A stretch of 64,000 bases of DNA. It comes from Candidatus Woesearchaeota archaeon (GTDB lineage Archaea > Nanobdellota > Nanobdellia > Woesearchaeales > JBAZVA01). The notes under the pieces are model-generated. The model ran no database searches and was not told the origin of the DNA. It saw only the letters and a list, made by a program, of their open reading frames with translations. The translations under genes were made by a program, and so were the position numbers. The DNA is taken from positions 9,101 through 73,100 of the forward strand of contig JBAZVA010000001.1 of NCBI GenBank assembly GCA_041661165.1. The letters are read 5' to 3'. Positions 46,845 through 57,416 of this stretch are shown here, in pieces (within the stretch, counting starts at the first letter, position 1; each line of letters begins with the position of its first letter).

Positions 46845-48128
46845 TTATTTTCTAGAATTAATTACTGTAAGTCCACCCATGTAAGGTACAAGAACTTTTG
46901 GTACAGTAACAGAACCATCTTTATTTTGATTGTTTTCTAAAATTGCTACAAGAGCACGCGATGTTGCAATAACAGTATTGTTTAAAGTGTGAGCAAAATA
47001 TTTTTCTTTTCCGTCAGTATATTTAATGTTTAATCTTCGTGCTTGCGCTTCTTCCATATTCGTGCAAGAACAAATTTCAAAATATTCTTTTTTTCTTGGA
47101 CTCCAAGCTTCAAGGTCACAAGATTTTGCTTTAAGATCTGCTAAATCTCCTGAACAACATTCAAGAATTCTAGTTGGTAATTCTAATCTTTTAAAAATTT
47201 CAACAGAGTGTCCTATCATTTCATCATAGAATTTGTAAGAATCTTCTGGTTTACAGATTACAACCATTTCTTGTTTATTGAATTGATGAGTTCTATACAA
47301 TCCTTTTTGGTCAATTCCGTGGCTTCCGATTTCTTTTCTAAAACACATCGAGTATGAAGTCCATTTGAACGGCAAATCTTTTTCTTCTAAAACTTTGTCA
47401 ATGAAATATCCAATTAAAGAATGCTCACTAGTACCAATTAAAAATAAATCTTCTCCTTCTTGTTTGTACATCATGTTATCCATTTCTTTAAACGACATAA
47501 CTCCTTGCACAACGTGTTTTTTAATCATTAAAGGTGGTTCGACATATGTATATTTTGCAATATCTACCATATAATCTCGTGCAAAAGAAATTAATGCTTG
47601 ATTTAATCTTGCTAAATCTCCAATTAAATAATAAAATCCAGTTCCAGTGGTTTTTGCGGATGTTTCAAAGTCAGCAATTCCTAATTTTTCTGCAAGTTCA
47701 GCATGATTTATTACTTCAAAATCAAATTCTTTTGGTTCTCCAAACTTTTCAACTTCTACATTTTCAGTAGAATCTCGCCCGATTGGAACTGATTTATGAA
47801 TTATATTTGGAATCGTCATTAAAATTTGATTAATTCTAGAATCAATTTCTTCAACTCTTTTTGTAAGTTCATCAATTTGTGAAGGTATATTTTTAACCTG
47901 TGCTAAAACTTCGGTTGCATCTTGTTTTTGTTTTTTTAATTCAGAAACTTGAATTGATAATTTGTTTCTTAGTGCTCTTAATTCTTCATCCTTTTGTTTA
48001 GATTGTTTCCATTCTTCATCTAGTCTTAGAAATTCATCAACTAGTGCAAGTTTGTCATCTTGATATTTCTTTCTGATGTTTTCTCTTACAATTTCAGGGT
48101 TTTCTCGTACGAATTTTCGTGATAGCAT
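46845..48128 (-). CDS. serS: seryl-tRNA synthetase
   Basis: N-terminal coiled-coil arm plus the class II core (FRKEIGSHG, TSEHSL, GTSRALVAILENNQ). Confidence 0.95.
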   Translation of the reverse strand: MLSRKFVRENPEIVRENIRKKYQDDKLALVDEFLRLDEEWKQSKQKDEELRALRNKLSIQVSELKKQKQDATEVLAQVKNIPSQIDELTKRVEEIDSRINQILMTIPNIIHKSVPIGRDSTENVEVEKFGEPKEFDFEVINHAELAEKLGIADFETSAKTTGTGFYYLIGDLARLNQALISFARDYMVDIAKYTYVEPPLMIKKHVVQGVMSFKEMDNMMYKQEGEDLFLIGTSEHSLIGYFIDKVLEEKDLPFKWTSYSMCFRKEIGSHGIDQKGLYRTHQFNKQEMVVICKPEDSYKFYDEMIGHSVEIFKRLELPTRILECCSGDLADLKAKSCDLEAWSPRKKEYFEICSCTNMEEAQARRLNIKYTDGKEKYFAHTLNNTVIATSRALVAILENNQNKDGSVTVPKVLVPYMGGLTVINSRK

Positions 48129-48173
48129 ACTATTAGAAGATTGTAATTTATTTATAAAGTTAATTGTGCCATT

Positions 48174-48304
48174 GGCTTTGTCCGAAAAGTCTAGCAGCCT
48201 TGTAAGGTATTGCGTGACTGTTGGTACCTAATAGTTAGTGTATTATGTAATGTCTAGTTAATAATTATACAATCTGCTTGCTGCTGACGATTTCGGACAA
48301 AGCC
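48174..48304 (-). repeat. divergent copy (subfamily D) of the intergenic element
   Basis: GGCTTTGTCCGAAAAGTCTAGCAGCCTTG...AATCTGCTTGCTGCTGACGATTTCGGACAAAGCC. The arms are conserved and the interior is diverged. Confidence 0.7.
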
Positions 48305-48365
48305 TGTCTATTTATATGTAGTTTATTTATTATTTTAGAACTATTTTAAAAGAAAAAAGTAATTA

Positions 48366-49796
48366 TTAAAATCCACCGCTACTTGAATGTCCGCCGCCAC
48401 CAAAAGAACCAAAACTGCTGCTGTGACTTGATGAACCGTATGAACTTGATCCGCCGTATGAACTATAATTACTTGAATGATATGATTCTGCAGGTCTTCT
48501 GTGATGTTCATTATCTATTTTTGACCAAATTGAACTTTCATTCATTTTTCCAAGTAAATATCCAGTAACTAAACTATTTACATTAAAAGATGAATCAAAA
48601 TATGATCTTGATGATTCGTAATCATTGCTGCTAAATCTATTTGCAATATTACTTAATCCTTTTACTTTTTCACTTACTTCTTCACGTTTTGATATTATTG
48701 ATTTTGCTAAATCTTTTAATTGTCTTATTTCTCCGTCTATTTCTCCCATTCTTTCAACAATAATATCATCTTCATTTCCATCTGTGCTTCTTGCAAGTTC
48801 TCTTAATCGTGAAAGGTCGTCTCCCTTTAGATATTTCTTTAATTCTGCAATCGCTTGAGCGTGGAATGGATCTTTTTTACCATCTAACTCTTTTCTTTGA
48901 GCGGAATATTGTTCATAGTTTGAAGTATGCTCTTGAATATGGGATTGATATTTTTTTCTTTCTTCGAGTAATGCTTCTATTTTTTGAAGAACAGGTGTAA
49001 GTTTATATCTATCTTCCGCTTCTTTTTCAGTAGCTGTTAGTTTTTCAATTAAATTGTCAATTTCTTGTTGTCTTTTTCCATTTCTTTGCTTTAGAAGTTC
49101 TGGCATTTGAGTTAACATATCATATGTTTGTTTTTGAGCTGAAAAATCAATAACTTTTGCGACTTTTGCATCTTTTGCAAGTCTTTTGTTATTATTTCCA
49201 AATTTTGCAGTGTATTCGCTATTTTGATCTAAAGAATAATCACAATCTAGCAAATATTTGAATAATGCATTACTTTTATAAGAATCAATGTCTTTTCTTG
49301 CAATTCCTTCAAAAGCTTCTTGACGTTTTTTATATCCATCAAGTTTTTCTTTCATTATTCTTGTTTCTTCAAGTAATTTAGTGTAAGTATCATTTTTTGA
49401 AAGGTCACAAGAAACATCTTTTTTTAGTCTTTCACGTTCTTCGACAAGTACATTTAATTTAGAAGTAACTTCAGAAAGACTTTTTTCATCGTCATTATTT
49501 TCTTTTTTTGATTTTTCTATTAATGAATCTAAGTCAGTTCTTTTTTGTTGTTTTTCAACGAATATTTCTTGAACTCTGCTTTGTAATCCTGTGATAGTTT
49601 TTTTAACTGTTGAAGCATCAAGTGATGGTAAATATATTTCTGCTAATTTGACATATGCTAATTCTCTTTCAGATGTTAAATTACTTATTTTATTTTCGAC
49701 ATCAGATAGTGAGCTTTCAAGTTTTCTTTCTTCACTTCTAACTTTACTTACTGCATTCTTTAATTCATCATATACGTCGCTTCCTGAATTTGTCAT
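48366..49796 (-). CDS. long coiled-coil protein with G/S/Y-rich C-terminal tail
   Basis: 476 aa, mostly heptad-like. Tail is SSNYSSYGGSSSYGSSSHSSSFGSFGGGGHSSSGGF. Confidence 0.55.
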   Translation of the reverse strand: MTNSGSDVYDELKNAVSKVRSEERKLESSLSDVENKISNLTSERELAYVKLAEIYLPSLDASTVKKTITGLQSRVQEIFVEKQQKRTDLDSLIEKSKKENNDDEKSLSEVTSKLNVLVEERERLKKDVSCDLSKNDTYTKLLEETRIMKEKLDGYKKRQEAFEGIARKDIDSYKSNALFKYLLDCDYSLDQNSEYTAKFGNNNKRLAKDAKVAKVIDFSAQKQTYDMLTQMPELLKQRNGKRQQEIDNLIEKLTATEKEAEDRYKLTPVLQKIEALLEERKKYQSHIQEHTSNYEQYSAQRKELDGKKDPFHAQAIAELKKYLKGDDLSRLRELARSTDGNEDDIIVERMGEIDGEIRQLKDLAKSIISKREEVSEKVKGLSNIANRFSSNDYESSRSYFDSSFNVNSLVTGYLLGKMNESSIWSKIDNEHHRRPAESYHSSNYSSYGGSSSYGSSSHSSSFGSFGGGGHSSSGGF

Positions 49797-49811
49797 TTTT
49801 TAACACCAAAA

Positions 49812-51269
49812 TTAATTACTATACACTACTTCCCATTTTGTAATTTGTGATTTTCTTGTTACGCCTGGAAAAGTTATGTTTAATGAAAGGTATCCTCTTT
49901 CTTTTTTACCAAAAATATTATCATTTACAACACTGTCGTCTCTTTTGTCGTCTTTAACTCTTTCAAATACTTCGTCAGAGACCTCTTCTCCCCAAATATC
50001 AACTCTGTCTATTTTTCCAGAATTTTCTATGTTTGAAATATCTTGCGGGATAATTTTTCCAGTGTTTTTATCAATAGCTCTAACAATGATGTATTTTCTT
50101 GAATCGTCTCTTATGTTACCAGTATTTTGTCCTTCTTCATCAACAATTCTTATTACAATATCTTGATTTAGTATTTCTTCAATATTTTTTAATCTTGAAT
50201 ATGCTGTTTGCAAATCAGAAGCTCTATCTGCTTGTATATACATTTGAGCATCTCTATATATTGATTTTAATAGATCAATCGCATTATCTTCTACTGCAAT
50301 TTTCATAGCTCCATTGTATTCTCTGTCAATATCTTTTGGAAGTGATATCAATATTTTAATTCCGTCTTTTATATTAATAAGATTGTATTGATGAGTTTCT
50401 GCATCTGTTAAATTTCTTGTTTTAATGTCAGAGAGTCCCTCAGTATATTCTGTTTCTGCTTTTGCAAGCATAGATGAAGGTGCTTTTCTTTCAGAATGAA
50501 TTTGACGTATTGTTTCTTCGAGATTTTCTTTCGTAGCTTTTAGTGCTCTTTCTGTTTTAATAATTCCACTTGCTCTTTCTATATTTGAATTCGCCTCATC
50601 AAGTAAACTATTTGCATTAATAAATTTACTTTCTGCCTGTCTGTAATTATTTGAAGTTACTGCTTCGTTTGCAGTTCCTTTTGGACAATATTGTACAAAA
50701 AAATTATTAGTATTTTCAAGCAAGAATGTTGCTTTATTCAAAGCAGCATTAAAATCAGAAGCGTCTTGAAGTTCTCCTTTGTTCTTCATAAGATTACCAA
50801 TTACAATATCTAATTTTTCTTTTGTTTGGTATCCTTGTTCTATTTTAGTTTCAACTTTTCCTTCAGCAACTTTTTTTGCACCTGCTGCAATTCCGGTTAC
50901 TGCTAAACATACTGCTAAAACTCCTGCTGCTACTGTTGCAGTCGGAATCAAAACTTTTCTTCTAATTGCATCTCTTTTTACCCATGCTAATGAAGTGTAA
51001 TAAGAAAAATCATGTTTAGGTTCTTTGAATGCATATGAACGTTCATTTATTTTTGTAAGCGCAAGTTCTATATCTTCTCTTGAAGTATTGTTATCTCCTT
51101 TTGATCTTGCGATTTTTAATGCTCTGTCAACAAATTGTCCTTTTGCATCTTCTGAAGCAAGAATTTTTGTTGCATCTTCTCCAAATTCTCTAATTTCTGC
51201 AGCAGTATCTAGTACTTTTAGAAAATCATCGACAGTTGGATTGTTAAACGCATCAAATTCTGTTTTCAT
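49812..51269 (-). CDS. single-pass membrane protein with long helical region and C-terminal beta-rich domain
   Basis: TM helix VLIPTATVAAGVLAVCLAVTGIAAGA at about residue 105. Lies 15 nt upstream of the coiled-coil gene. Confidence 0.55.
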   Translation of the reverse strand: MKTEFDAFNNPTVDDFLKVLDTAAEIREFGEDATKILASEDAKGQFVDRALKIARSKGDNNTSREDIELALTKINERSYAFKEPKHDFSYYTSLAWVKRDAIRRKVLIPTATVAAGVLAVCLAVTGIAAGAKKVAEGKVETKIEQGYQTKEKLDIVIGNLMKNKGELQDASDFNAALNKATFLLENTNNFFVQYCPKGTANEAVTSNNYRQAESKFINANSLLDEANSNIERASGIIKTERALKATKENLEETIRQIHSERKAPSSMLAKAETEYTEGLSDIKTRNLTDAETHQYNLINIKDGIKILISLPKDIDREYNGAMKIAVEDNAIDLLKSIYRDAQMYIQADRASDLQTAYSRLKNIEEILNQDIVIRIVDEEGQNTGNIRDDSRKYIIVRAIDKNTGKIIPQDISNIENSGKIDRVDIWGEEVSDEVFERVKDDKRDDSVVNDNIFGKKERGYLSLNITFPGVTRKSQITKWEVVYSN

Positions 51270-51385
51270 AAATTTATGAGAAATATTACTATTAATAAAT
51301 GTTTTGATTTGGGACTACTTTTAAATGGTCACAAATAGGAAATCTTATAAATAACTATTTATTTCAAGTTCATTGGTGATTTTTC

Positions 51386-52600
51386 ATGGAAAATACAGGA
51401 TTACAAGTTTATTTAGATAAAGCAGTAGAAATCGCAAAAAAATACAATATAGTTCCGACATCGGAAAGTTCAAGATTAGTTGATTTGATAAATGAACTTA
51501 TGCCAACACAGGAAACTCCTGTTGAAGACAGATTAGATGAAACGAAATTAGTTGCTATTGCAGAAGTTGTACGTTATTCAGATAGTTATAATCAATTTGT
51601 CAGAGATAATATTCAGCAGATGAAAGTTAAAAGAGTTTTTGATGATATTAATTCTAAATTTAATTCAATTATAGAAGATGATGAAGAAAGAAAAGAGATG
51701 GCAAAAGATGGATTAAGTTTTGGTGAGAAAATACATATTGCAAAAGATGATCTTATGCATGGTGGAAATTATCACAAGAGATTCGAAACTATAAGAAAAG
51801 ATTATAATGATGTTAGTGATAGAACTAAAAAACAAATTGATATTGAAGATGACGTTCAAGAAGGATTTGCTAATTTTAATAATGCTTCAAAATCTGCAGA
51901 AATAACAGCTGCTGATCTTTTTGAACAGCAGACTAAAATTAGAGATAGAATAAAATCTGAACTTGAAACTACTGCTAACGCTGTAACTGCATATGCGGGA
52001 ACGAGTGCATCTGAAAAAGGAACTCTTGAACTTACAAGAACTTTGGCAGCACAAAAATATAAAAAAGCAGAATCTGCATATGCCTTGACTAAGGATATTT
52101 ATGAATTGTTAAGAACAACTAATAGTCTTAGCGAAGGATTAATGGCTAAAGTTCAACAGTGGACTGATTTGAAAAAAGCAGTTTATACTAGAGGAGTTAC
52201 TTTCTTTGCGTTAGGTAATACTATATTTACTTCTGTTGATTTGCTTCACACACAAAGAGGCGGATTAGAAGAGCAAACAAAAACTATTGAAAGTACTACG
52301 CAAGGTTTGAATAATGCAATTAAATATTTAGCGGATGGGGCAAAAGAAGTTGAAGAAAATGCAATCAAAGCGGCTCATGGTACGACAATAAGTGTTGATG
52401 CAACTCAGAAATTTATTGATGCTGTGGTGCAATATCAAATTGAATCTACTGGATTGATACAAAAATATCAAGATGCTGCAACTTTGGCAACAAATCAGAT
52501 TCATGATATTTGTGAAAAAGGAAAACAAAAAGTAATTAGTGCAATTACAACTTACGATAGTAAAAAACAAGAACAAGTTGCATTACCTAATCCACAATAA
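51386..52600 (+). CDS. all-helical hypothetical protein (404 aa), divergent from the 49812-51269 gene
   Basis: Intact ORF with no secure motif. Confidence 0.55.
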   Translation: MENTGLQVYLDKAVEIAKKYNIVPTSESSRLVDLINELMPTQETPVEDRLDETKLVAIAEVVRYSDSYNQFVRDNIQQMKVKRVFDDINSKFNSIIEDDEERKEMAKDGLSFGEKIHIAKDDLMHGGNYHKRFETIRKDYNDVSDRTKKQIDIEDDVQEGFANFNNASKSAEITAADLFEQQTKIRDRIKSELETTANAVTAYAGTSASEKGTLELTRTLAAQKYKKAESAYALTKDIYELLRTTNSLSEGLMAKVQQWTDLKKAVYTRGVTFFALGNTIFTSVDLLHTQRGGLEEQTKTIESTTQGLNNAIKYLADGAKEVEENAIKAAHGTTISVDATQKFIDAVVQYQIESTGLIQKYQDAATLATNQIHDICEKGKQKVISAITTYDSKKQEQVALPNPQ

Positions 52601-53014
52601 AACCTTTTATTTTTTTATCTTTTATTTTTCTTTTTTGATTTTTTATTTAGTTTACTTAGATCGCGTGTTTCATGTACGGAATGTGATTTATATGCTTTGG
52701 TTGAAAATAAATTAGGTTATGATTATTTTTCAAGAAATCTATTATTTTTTGCAAAAAATGTGGACGAACAAAAAATAGATACTTCTTCGAATGTGAAAAA
52801 TACGATTATAACTACATTAGTTATTGTGGTATCAATTCTTATAATTTTAGGGGTGGCATATAAACTATTTTTCAAAAAAGATTATTATTAATTTTTTATG
52901 TTGTTTTAATCACATTTGATTTGTGTTTATTTGATATTTTATTCTTTATTTTTTAAATTTTTTTATTAAAAATCAAATAAATTCATCAAAAAACCACTTA
53001 AAAATAATAACATA

Positions 53015-53141
53015 CTTTGTCTGAAGTATTCTTACCAGCCTTCACTTATAGTGCTATTAAATGTCTAAATTTGAAACTTCTATTGAAACTACATTCTAAC
53101 ACTGCATACGAGTTTGCTTGCTGGTAGAATACTTCAAACAG
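53015..53141 (-). repeat. intergenic element, subfamily A
   Basis: CTTTGTCTGAAGTATTCTTACCAGCCTTCACTTATAGTGCTATTAAATG...CTGCATACGAGTTTGCTTGCTGGTAGAATACTTCAAACAG. Confidence 0.85.
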
Positions 53142-53191
53142 AATCATAAACAAACAAAAGTTTTTAAAACAAGCAATCTCTCATATACTGT

Positions 53192-54310
53192 ATGGTGAAC
53201 GAGACAGCTCAAGCGATAGGTAATATTGTAACAAATGAGACTTTGGCAGGAGTAATAAATAATATTAATTCTAATCCACTTGTAGAGAATTATCTTACTC
53301 AAGCAGCAGGTATAATTTTAGTAACATTGGTTTTAGCATATATTGGGATGTTTTTATCGAAATATGTTATCAAACATTTAATTAAACGTGAAGATGGAAC
53401 ACACGATGAGTCGATAATTGGACGTTCTGTTTTTCCGGTTTTTCTTTTAATTTCTTCAGTAGGTTTTTTTATTGCTGTAAGAACTTTTCCGCCAATGCAT
53501 CCTTACGTACTTTGGATTAATAGAATATTTTTTACATTATTTGTTATGACTGCGTGTTATGTGGTGTCACAGATTGTTATGGGAATACTTGGTCATTGGC
53601 TTAAGGTTCATAATGATAAAGAACATCAGAAAGCACCTCATTTAATCAGTAAATTAATTTATGTTTTAATATATGTAATCGGTATTATTATGATTATGGC
53701 GTTTTTTGGAATACAAATTACTCCACTTCTTGCAACACTTGGTGTTGGTGGTATCGCAATTGGTCTTGCATTGCAACCTACTCTTATTAATTTCTTTGCT
53801 GGACTTAATTTAATTTCTGACAAACCTGTTCAAGTTGGAGATTTTATTGAAATTGAAAATGGGCAGATTCAAGGATTTGTTTTAGATATCGGATGGAGAT
53901 CTACAAGAATTAAAACGCTTGCAAACGCAGTTGTAATAATTCCAAATACAAAACTGTCTGAGAATATCATAGTTAATAGTACTCAAATTGCAGATAATCA
54001 ATATAATGTTGTTGTTCCTTGTGCAGTTTCATATGGTGCAAATTTGGAAAAAGTTGAAAAAATATTAATTGATGTATCAAAAAAAATTATTAAGAAATAT
54101 GACGATACTGTTAAAGATTTTGAACCAATTGTGAGGTATAATACTTTTGCCGATTCCAATATTAATTTTAATGTTATAATAAAAGTAAATAAATATACTT
54201 CTCAATTTTTATTAAAACACGAATTGATAAAAGCGATTAAAAATGAATTTGATAAAGAGAAAATAGAAATATCGTATCCTGTGCGAAAAATTGTTTATGC
54301 AAAAAAATAA
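53192..54310 (+). CDS. mscS: MscS-family mechanosensitive channel
   Basis: Pore helix and beta domain ATLGVGGIAIGLALQPTLINFFAGLNLISDKPVQVGDFIEI. Confidence 0.85.
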   Translation: MVNETAQAIGNIVTNETLAGVINNINSNPLVENYLTQAAGIILVTLVLAYIGMFLSKYVIKHLIKREDGTHDESIIGRSVFPVFLLISSVGFFIAVRTFPPMHPYVLWINRIFFTLFVMTACYVVSQIVMGILGHWLKVHNDKEHQKAPHLISKLIYVLIYVIGIIMIMAFFGIQITPLLATLGVGGIAIGLALQPTLINFFAGLNLISDKPVQVGDFIEIENGQIQGFVLDIGWRSTRIKTLANAVVIIPNTKLSENIIVNSTQIADNQYNVVVPCAVSYGANLEKVEKILIDVSKKIIKKYDDTVKDFEPIVRYNTFADSNINFNVIIKVNKYTSQFLLKHELIKAIKNEFDKEKIEISYPVRKIVYAKK

Positions 54311-54668
54311 TTTAAACTCATAATAAAAACTCATAGTGTGAAAAATCATAGTACGAACATAGTATAGATTTTAGGTCTGAGACTTATTTATTTTAAAGAT
54401 ATCTTTTTGATTATTTTTATGTTTTTTTATTTTTAAATAAAAATTAAAGGCTCGTCGATAAAATATTGTTGTCATTATAAAATTGTAACTAATATTTAAA
54501 TAGGTAATATATTATAGATTATTTAAAGGTAAAGTTTGTAGCAAAGAAAAATTTATTTCGACGTGCAATTTCGAAAATTGAGTTTTCTTCTAAGCTTTTG
54601 CCTTAAAGTTCGTGTTTAAATTATTTAGAAGTAATTTAAATTTCGTAAAGAGGGTGTGACTTACAAAA

Positions 54669-55931
54669 ATGAAGGTACTAATGTTAGGGTGGGAATTTCC
54701 TCCTTATTTTGCAGGTGGAGTTGGCGTTGTCTGCTACCATTTGTCAAAGGCGCTGTGTCAAGCAGGAGCCGAATTAACATTTGTTATGCCTACCGCTCCA
54801 AAAGAAGCTCGTTCTGATTTTATGAAAATGATTGTAGCTGACAGATATGAATTTGATGAATCTCTTTCTGTCAATATGCGTTTTGTAGATTCTTTAATAA
54901 CTCCATACGGCACTGAGGAAGAATATAAAAGAAATTATGATAAGTACATAACATCAATTATAAAAAATAATAAAGAATCATATTCTCAGCTTTACGGTGC
55001 AAATCTTCTAGAAGAAATTTGGTTATTTGCAATGAGAATGAGATTTTTTGATTTTGCATCAGAAGGGTATGATTTAATTCACGCTCACGACTGGACAACT
55101 TTTCCAGCAGCAATTGAATTAAAAAAAATGTTAAAAAAACCTGTCGCAGTGCATATTCACATTACTGAATATGATAAGAATGGAGGATTTGCGGGAAACC
55201 CAAGAATTCATGAAGTTGAACAATACGGAATGGATAATGCGGATGTTATTGTTGCTATTTCTAATAAAATTAAACAAACTTGTATAGAAAAATATCATCA
55301 AGATCCAAATAAAATTGTAGTAATTCACAATGGTGCAGAAGAATATCCTATTATTTCAATGGTAAAAACTGACATGAAACAAATTGAAGCTGATGACAAA
55401 ATTGTTTTATTTGCAGGAAGAGTAACTTTACAAAAAGGACCGGAATATTTTATTGATGCATGTGCAAAAGTTGCACCACATGTTAAGAATGCTAAATTCA
55501 TATTAGCAGGTACAGGAGACCTTTTACCAATGTGTATGGATAAGGTTTCAAGAATGGGTCTTTCAAATAGATTTATGTTTACAGGTTTTTATACAAAAGA
55601 AACAGCGATAAAATTATTTAACATGGCTGATATTTTTATTATGCCTTCAGTTTCTGAACCGTTTGGTCTTGTTCCATTTGAAGCAATGTGGGCAAATACT
55701 CCAACTATAATTTCAAAACAAAGTGGTGTATCAGAAGTTCTAAATCATTGTGTAAAAGTAGATTTTTGGGACACTGACAAAATGGCAGACGCAATAATAA
55801 ATATCCTTAATGATAAAACTTTAAACAATATGCTAGTAAAACACGGTAAAGTAGAAGTAGAATCAATGACGTGGGATACAGTAGCACAAAAATGTTTAAC
55901 ACTTTACAATCAGATGGTTGTAAGACATTAA
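54669..55931 (+). CDS. glycogen/starch synthase-like GT-B glycosyltransferase (GT4/GT5 type)
   Basis: MKVLMLGWEFPPYFAGGVGVV N-terminus, AHDW, GRVTLQKG and SEPFGLVPFEAM (E-x7-E). Confidence 0.8.
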   Translation: MKVLMLGWEFPPYFAGGVGVVCYHLSKALCQAGAELTFVMPTAPKEARSDFMKMIVADRYEFDESLSVNMRFVDSLITPYGTEEEYKRNYDKYITSIIKNNKESYSQLYGANLLEEIWLFAMRMRFFDFASEGYDLIHAHDWTTFPAAIELKKMLKKPVAVHIHITEYDKNGGFAGNPRIHEVEQYGMDNADVIVAISNKIKQTCIEKYHQDPNKIVVIHNGAEEYPIISMVKTDMKQIEADDKIVLFAGRVTLQKGPEYFIDACAKVAPHVKNAKFILAGTGDLLPMCMDKVSRMGLSNRFMFTGFYTKETAIKLFNMADIFIMPSVSEPFGLVPFEAMWANTPTIISKQSGVSEVLNHCVKVDFWDTDKMADAIINILNDKTLNNMLVKHGKVEVESMTWDTVAQKCLTLYNQMVVRH

Positions 55932-56032
55932 TTAATTAAAAATTATATTCATTCCTTTCCAATATTATGGGAAATTATTGGAAACAAAATAGGGGATTAA
56001 ATTTAGGGAAAAGAAGGGATAAAGGGAAAAAT

Positions 56033-57322
56033 ATGACAGCAAGCGTATGTTTGTATTTCCAGGTTCATCAGCCATTTAGGATGAGACCATATAGGATTTT
56101 TGATGTTGGAAGTAAACATAACTATTTTGATGATGAAAAAAATCACGCAATAATGCATAAGATTGCAAAAAATTGTTATTATCCTACAAATAATTTGATA
56201 CTTGATTTAATAAGCGAAACTGATGGAAAATTAAAAGTTGCTTATTCGCTTTCAGGAACATTTATTGAACAAGCAGAAAAGCATGACCCGAAAATATTAG
56301 AATCATTTAAAGCGTTAGCAGATACTGGTTGTGTTGAATTCCTAAATGAGACATATTATCATTCACTTGCATTTTTGCGTTCAAAGAAAGAGTTTATAGA
56401 ACAAATTAAAATGCATAAAAAGAAAATTAATGAATTATTTAATCAAAACACAAAAGTGTTTAGAAATACAGAACTAATATTCAACAACGAAATTGCACAC
56501 GACGTAAACGAACTAGGGTATGAGGGGCTACTGGCTGAAGGGGCTGATAAGGTACTTGGATGGCAGTCCCCGAATTACCTTTTTTCTTTTTCTAAAAATA
56601 AAGAATCGTCTGTGGAATCAAAGAAATCAAGTACGGATAAAGGAATCAAAGTTTTGCTTAAAAATTACAGATTAAGCGATGATATTGCGTTTAGATTTTC
56701 AAATAAAAATTGGAATGAATATCCATTAACTTCGCAAAAATATGCGTCCTGGCTAAAAAGAAGTGAAGGGGACACAACAAATATTTTTCTAGATTATGAA
56801 ACATTTGGAGAGCATCATTCAAAAGAAACTGGAATATTTGACTTTTTAGAACACATGCCAAAAAATATTATAAAAGAGGGCTTGGAATTCAAAACGCCAT
56901 CAGAGACTATTGATTCATACAAGTCGATTGGACAATTAGATGTAAAAGATTATGTTTCATGGGCAGATATTGAAAGGGATATTTCCGCTTGGATTGGAAA
57001 CCCAATACAAAATGCTGCATTCGACGAGATTTACAAAATTGAAGAAGAAATCAAATTAAAAGGAGATCCTGTTTTGCTTGACGAATGGAGAAAATTAACT
57101 ACAAGCGATCATTTTTATTATATGTGTACAAAATGGAATGCAGACGGAGACGTACATAAATATTTTTCACCATACGAATCACCATACGACGCTTACATGA
57201 ACTTTATGAATATATTAAAAGATGTTGCATTAAGATTAAAAATACATGTTAAAGATGAATCAAAGACAGAGTTAAAAAAAAATGAAAAATTAGAGCAACA
57301 GAAAATCGCAATCAAAGTATAA
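56033..57322 (+). CDS. glycoside hydrolase family 57 enzyme (alpha-amylase / glucanotransferase type)
   Basis: YFQVHQPFR and DYETFGEHH (nucleophile Glu context). ATG at 56033; the track starts at 55967. Confidence 0.8.
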   Translation: MTASVCLYFQVHQPFRMRPYRIFDVGSKHNYFDDEKNHAIMHKIAKNCYYPTNNLILDLISETDGKLKVAYSLSGTFIEQAEKHDPKILESFKALADTGCVEFLNETYYHSLAFLRSKKEFIEQIKMHKKKINELFNQNTKVFRNTELIFNNEIAHDVNELGYEGLLAEGADKVLGWQSPNYLFSFSKNKESSVESKKSSTDKGIKVLLKNYRLSDDIAFRFSNKNWNEYPLTSQKYASWLKRSEGDTTNIFLDYETFGEHHSKETGIFDFLEHMPKNIIKEGLEFKTPSETIDSYKSIGQLDVKDYVSWADIERDISAWIGNPIQNAAFDEIYKIEEEIKLKGDPVLLDEWRKLTTSDHFYYMCTKWNADGDVHKYFSPYESPYDAYMNFMNILKDVALRLKIHVKDESKTELKKNEKLEQQKIAIKV

Positions 57323-57416
57323 TCATTATTAATATTCATCACTGTATTCATCATTAATATATTACTATTTATTAAAAAAATTAAGTATTATTTATTTAAA
57401 AAAAGAGGGAATAAAC

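Noticed and set aside
51386-52600. A TelA/YaaN-like (toxic anion resistance) assignment for the 404-aa helical protein.
   Set aside because: It shares only general length and all-helical character. I could not align any specific conserved motif from memory, so it is left as hypothetical.
52697-52891. A 64-aa ORF with one TM helix in the long spacer before the mscS gene.
   Set aside because: It has a TTG start only and no convincing TATA or Shine-Dalgarno context. It may be real but cannot be supported from the sequence alone.
54315-54363. Four spaced AAA(C/T)TCATA(G/A)T-like repeats immediately after the mscS stop, as a possible regulator-binding array for the glycogen cluster.
   Set aside because: The repeats are short, AT-rich, irregularly spaced (about 11-15 nt) and more than 300 nt from the next start codon. 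They cannot be distinguished from low-complexity sequence without comparative data.
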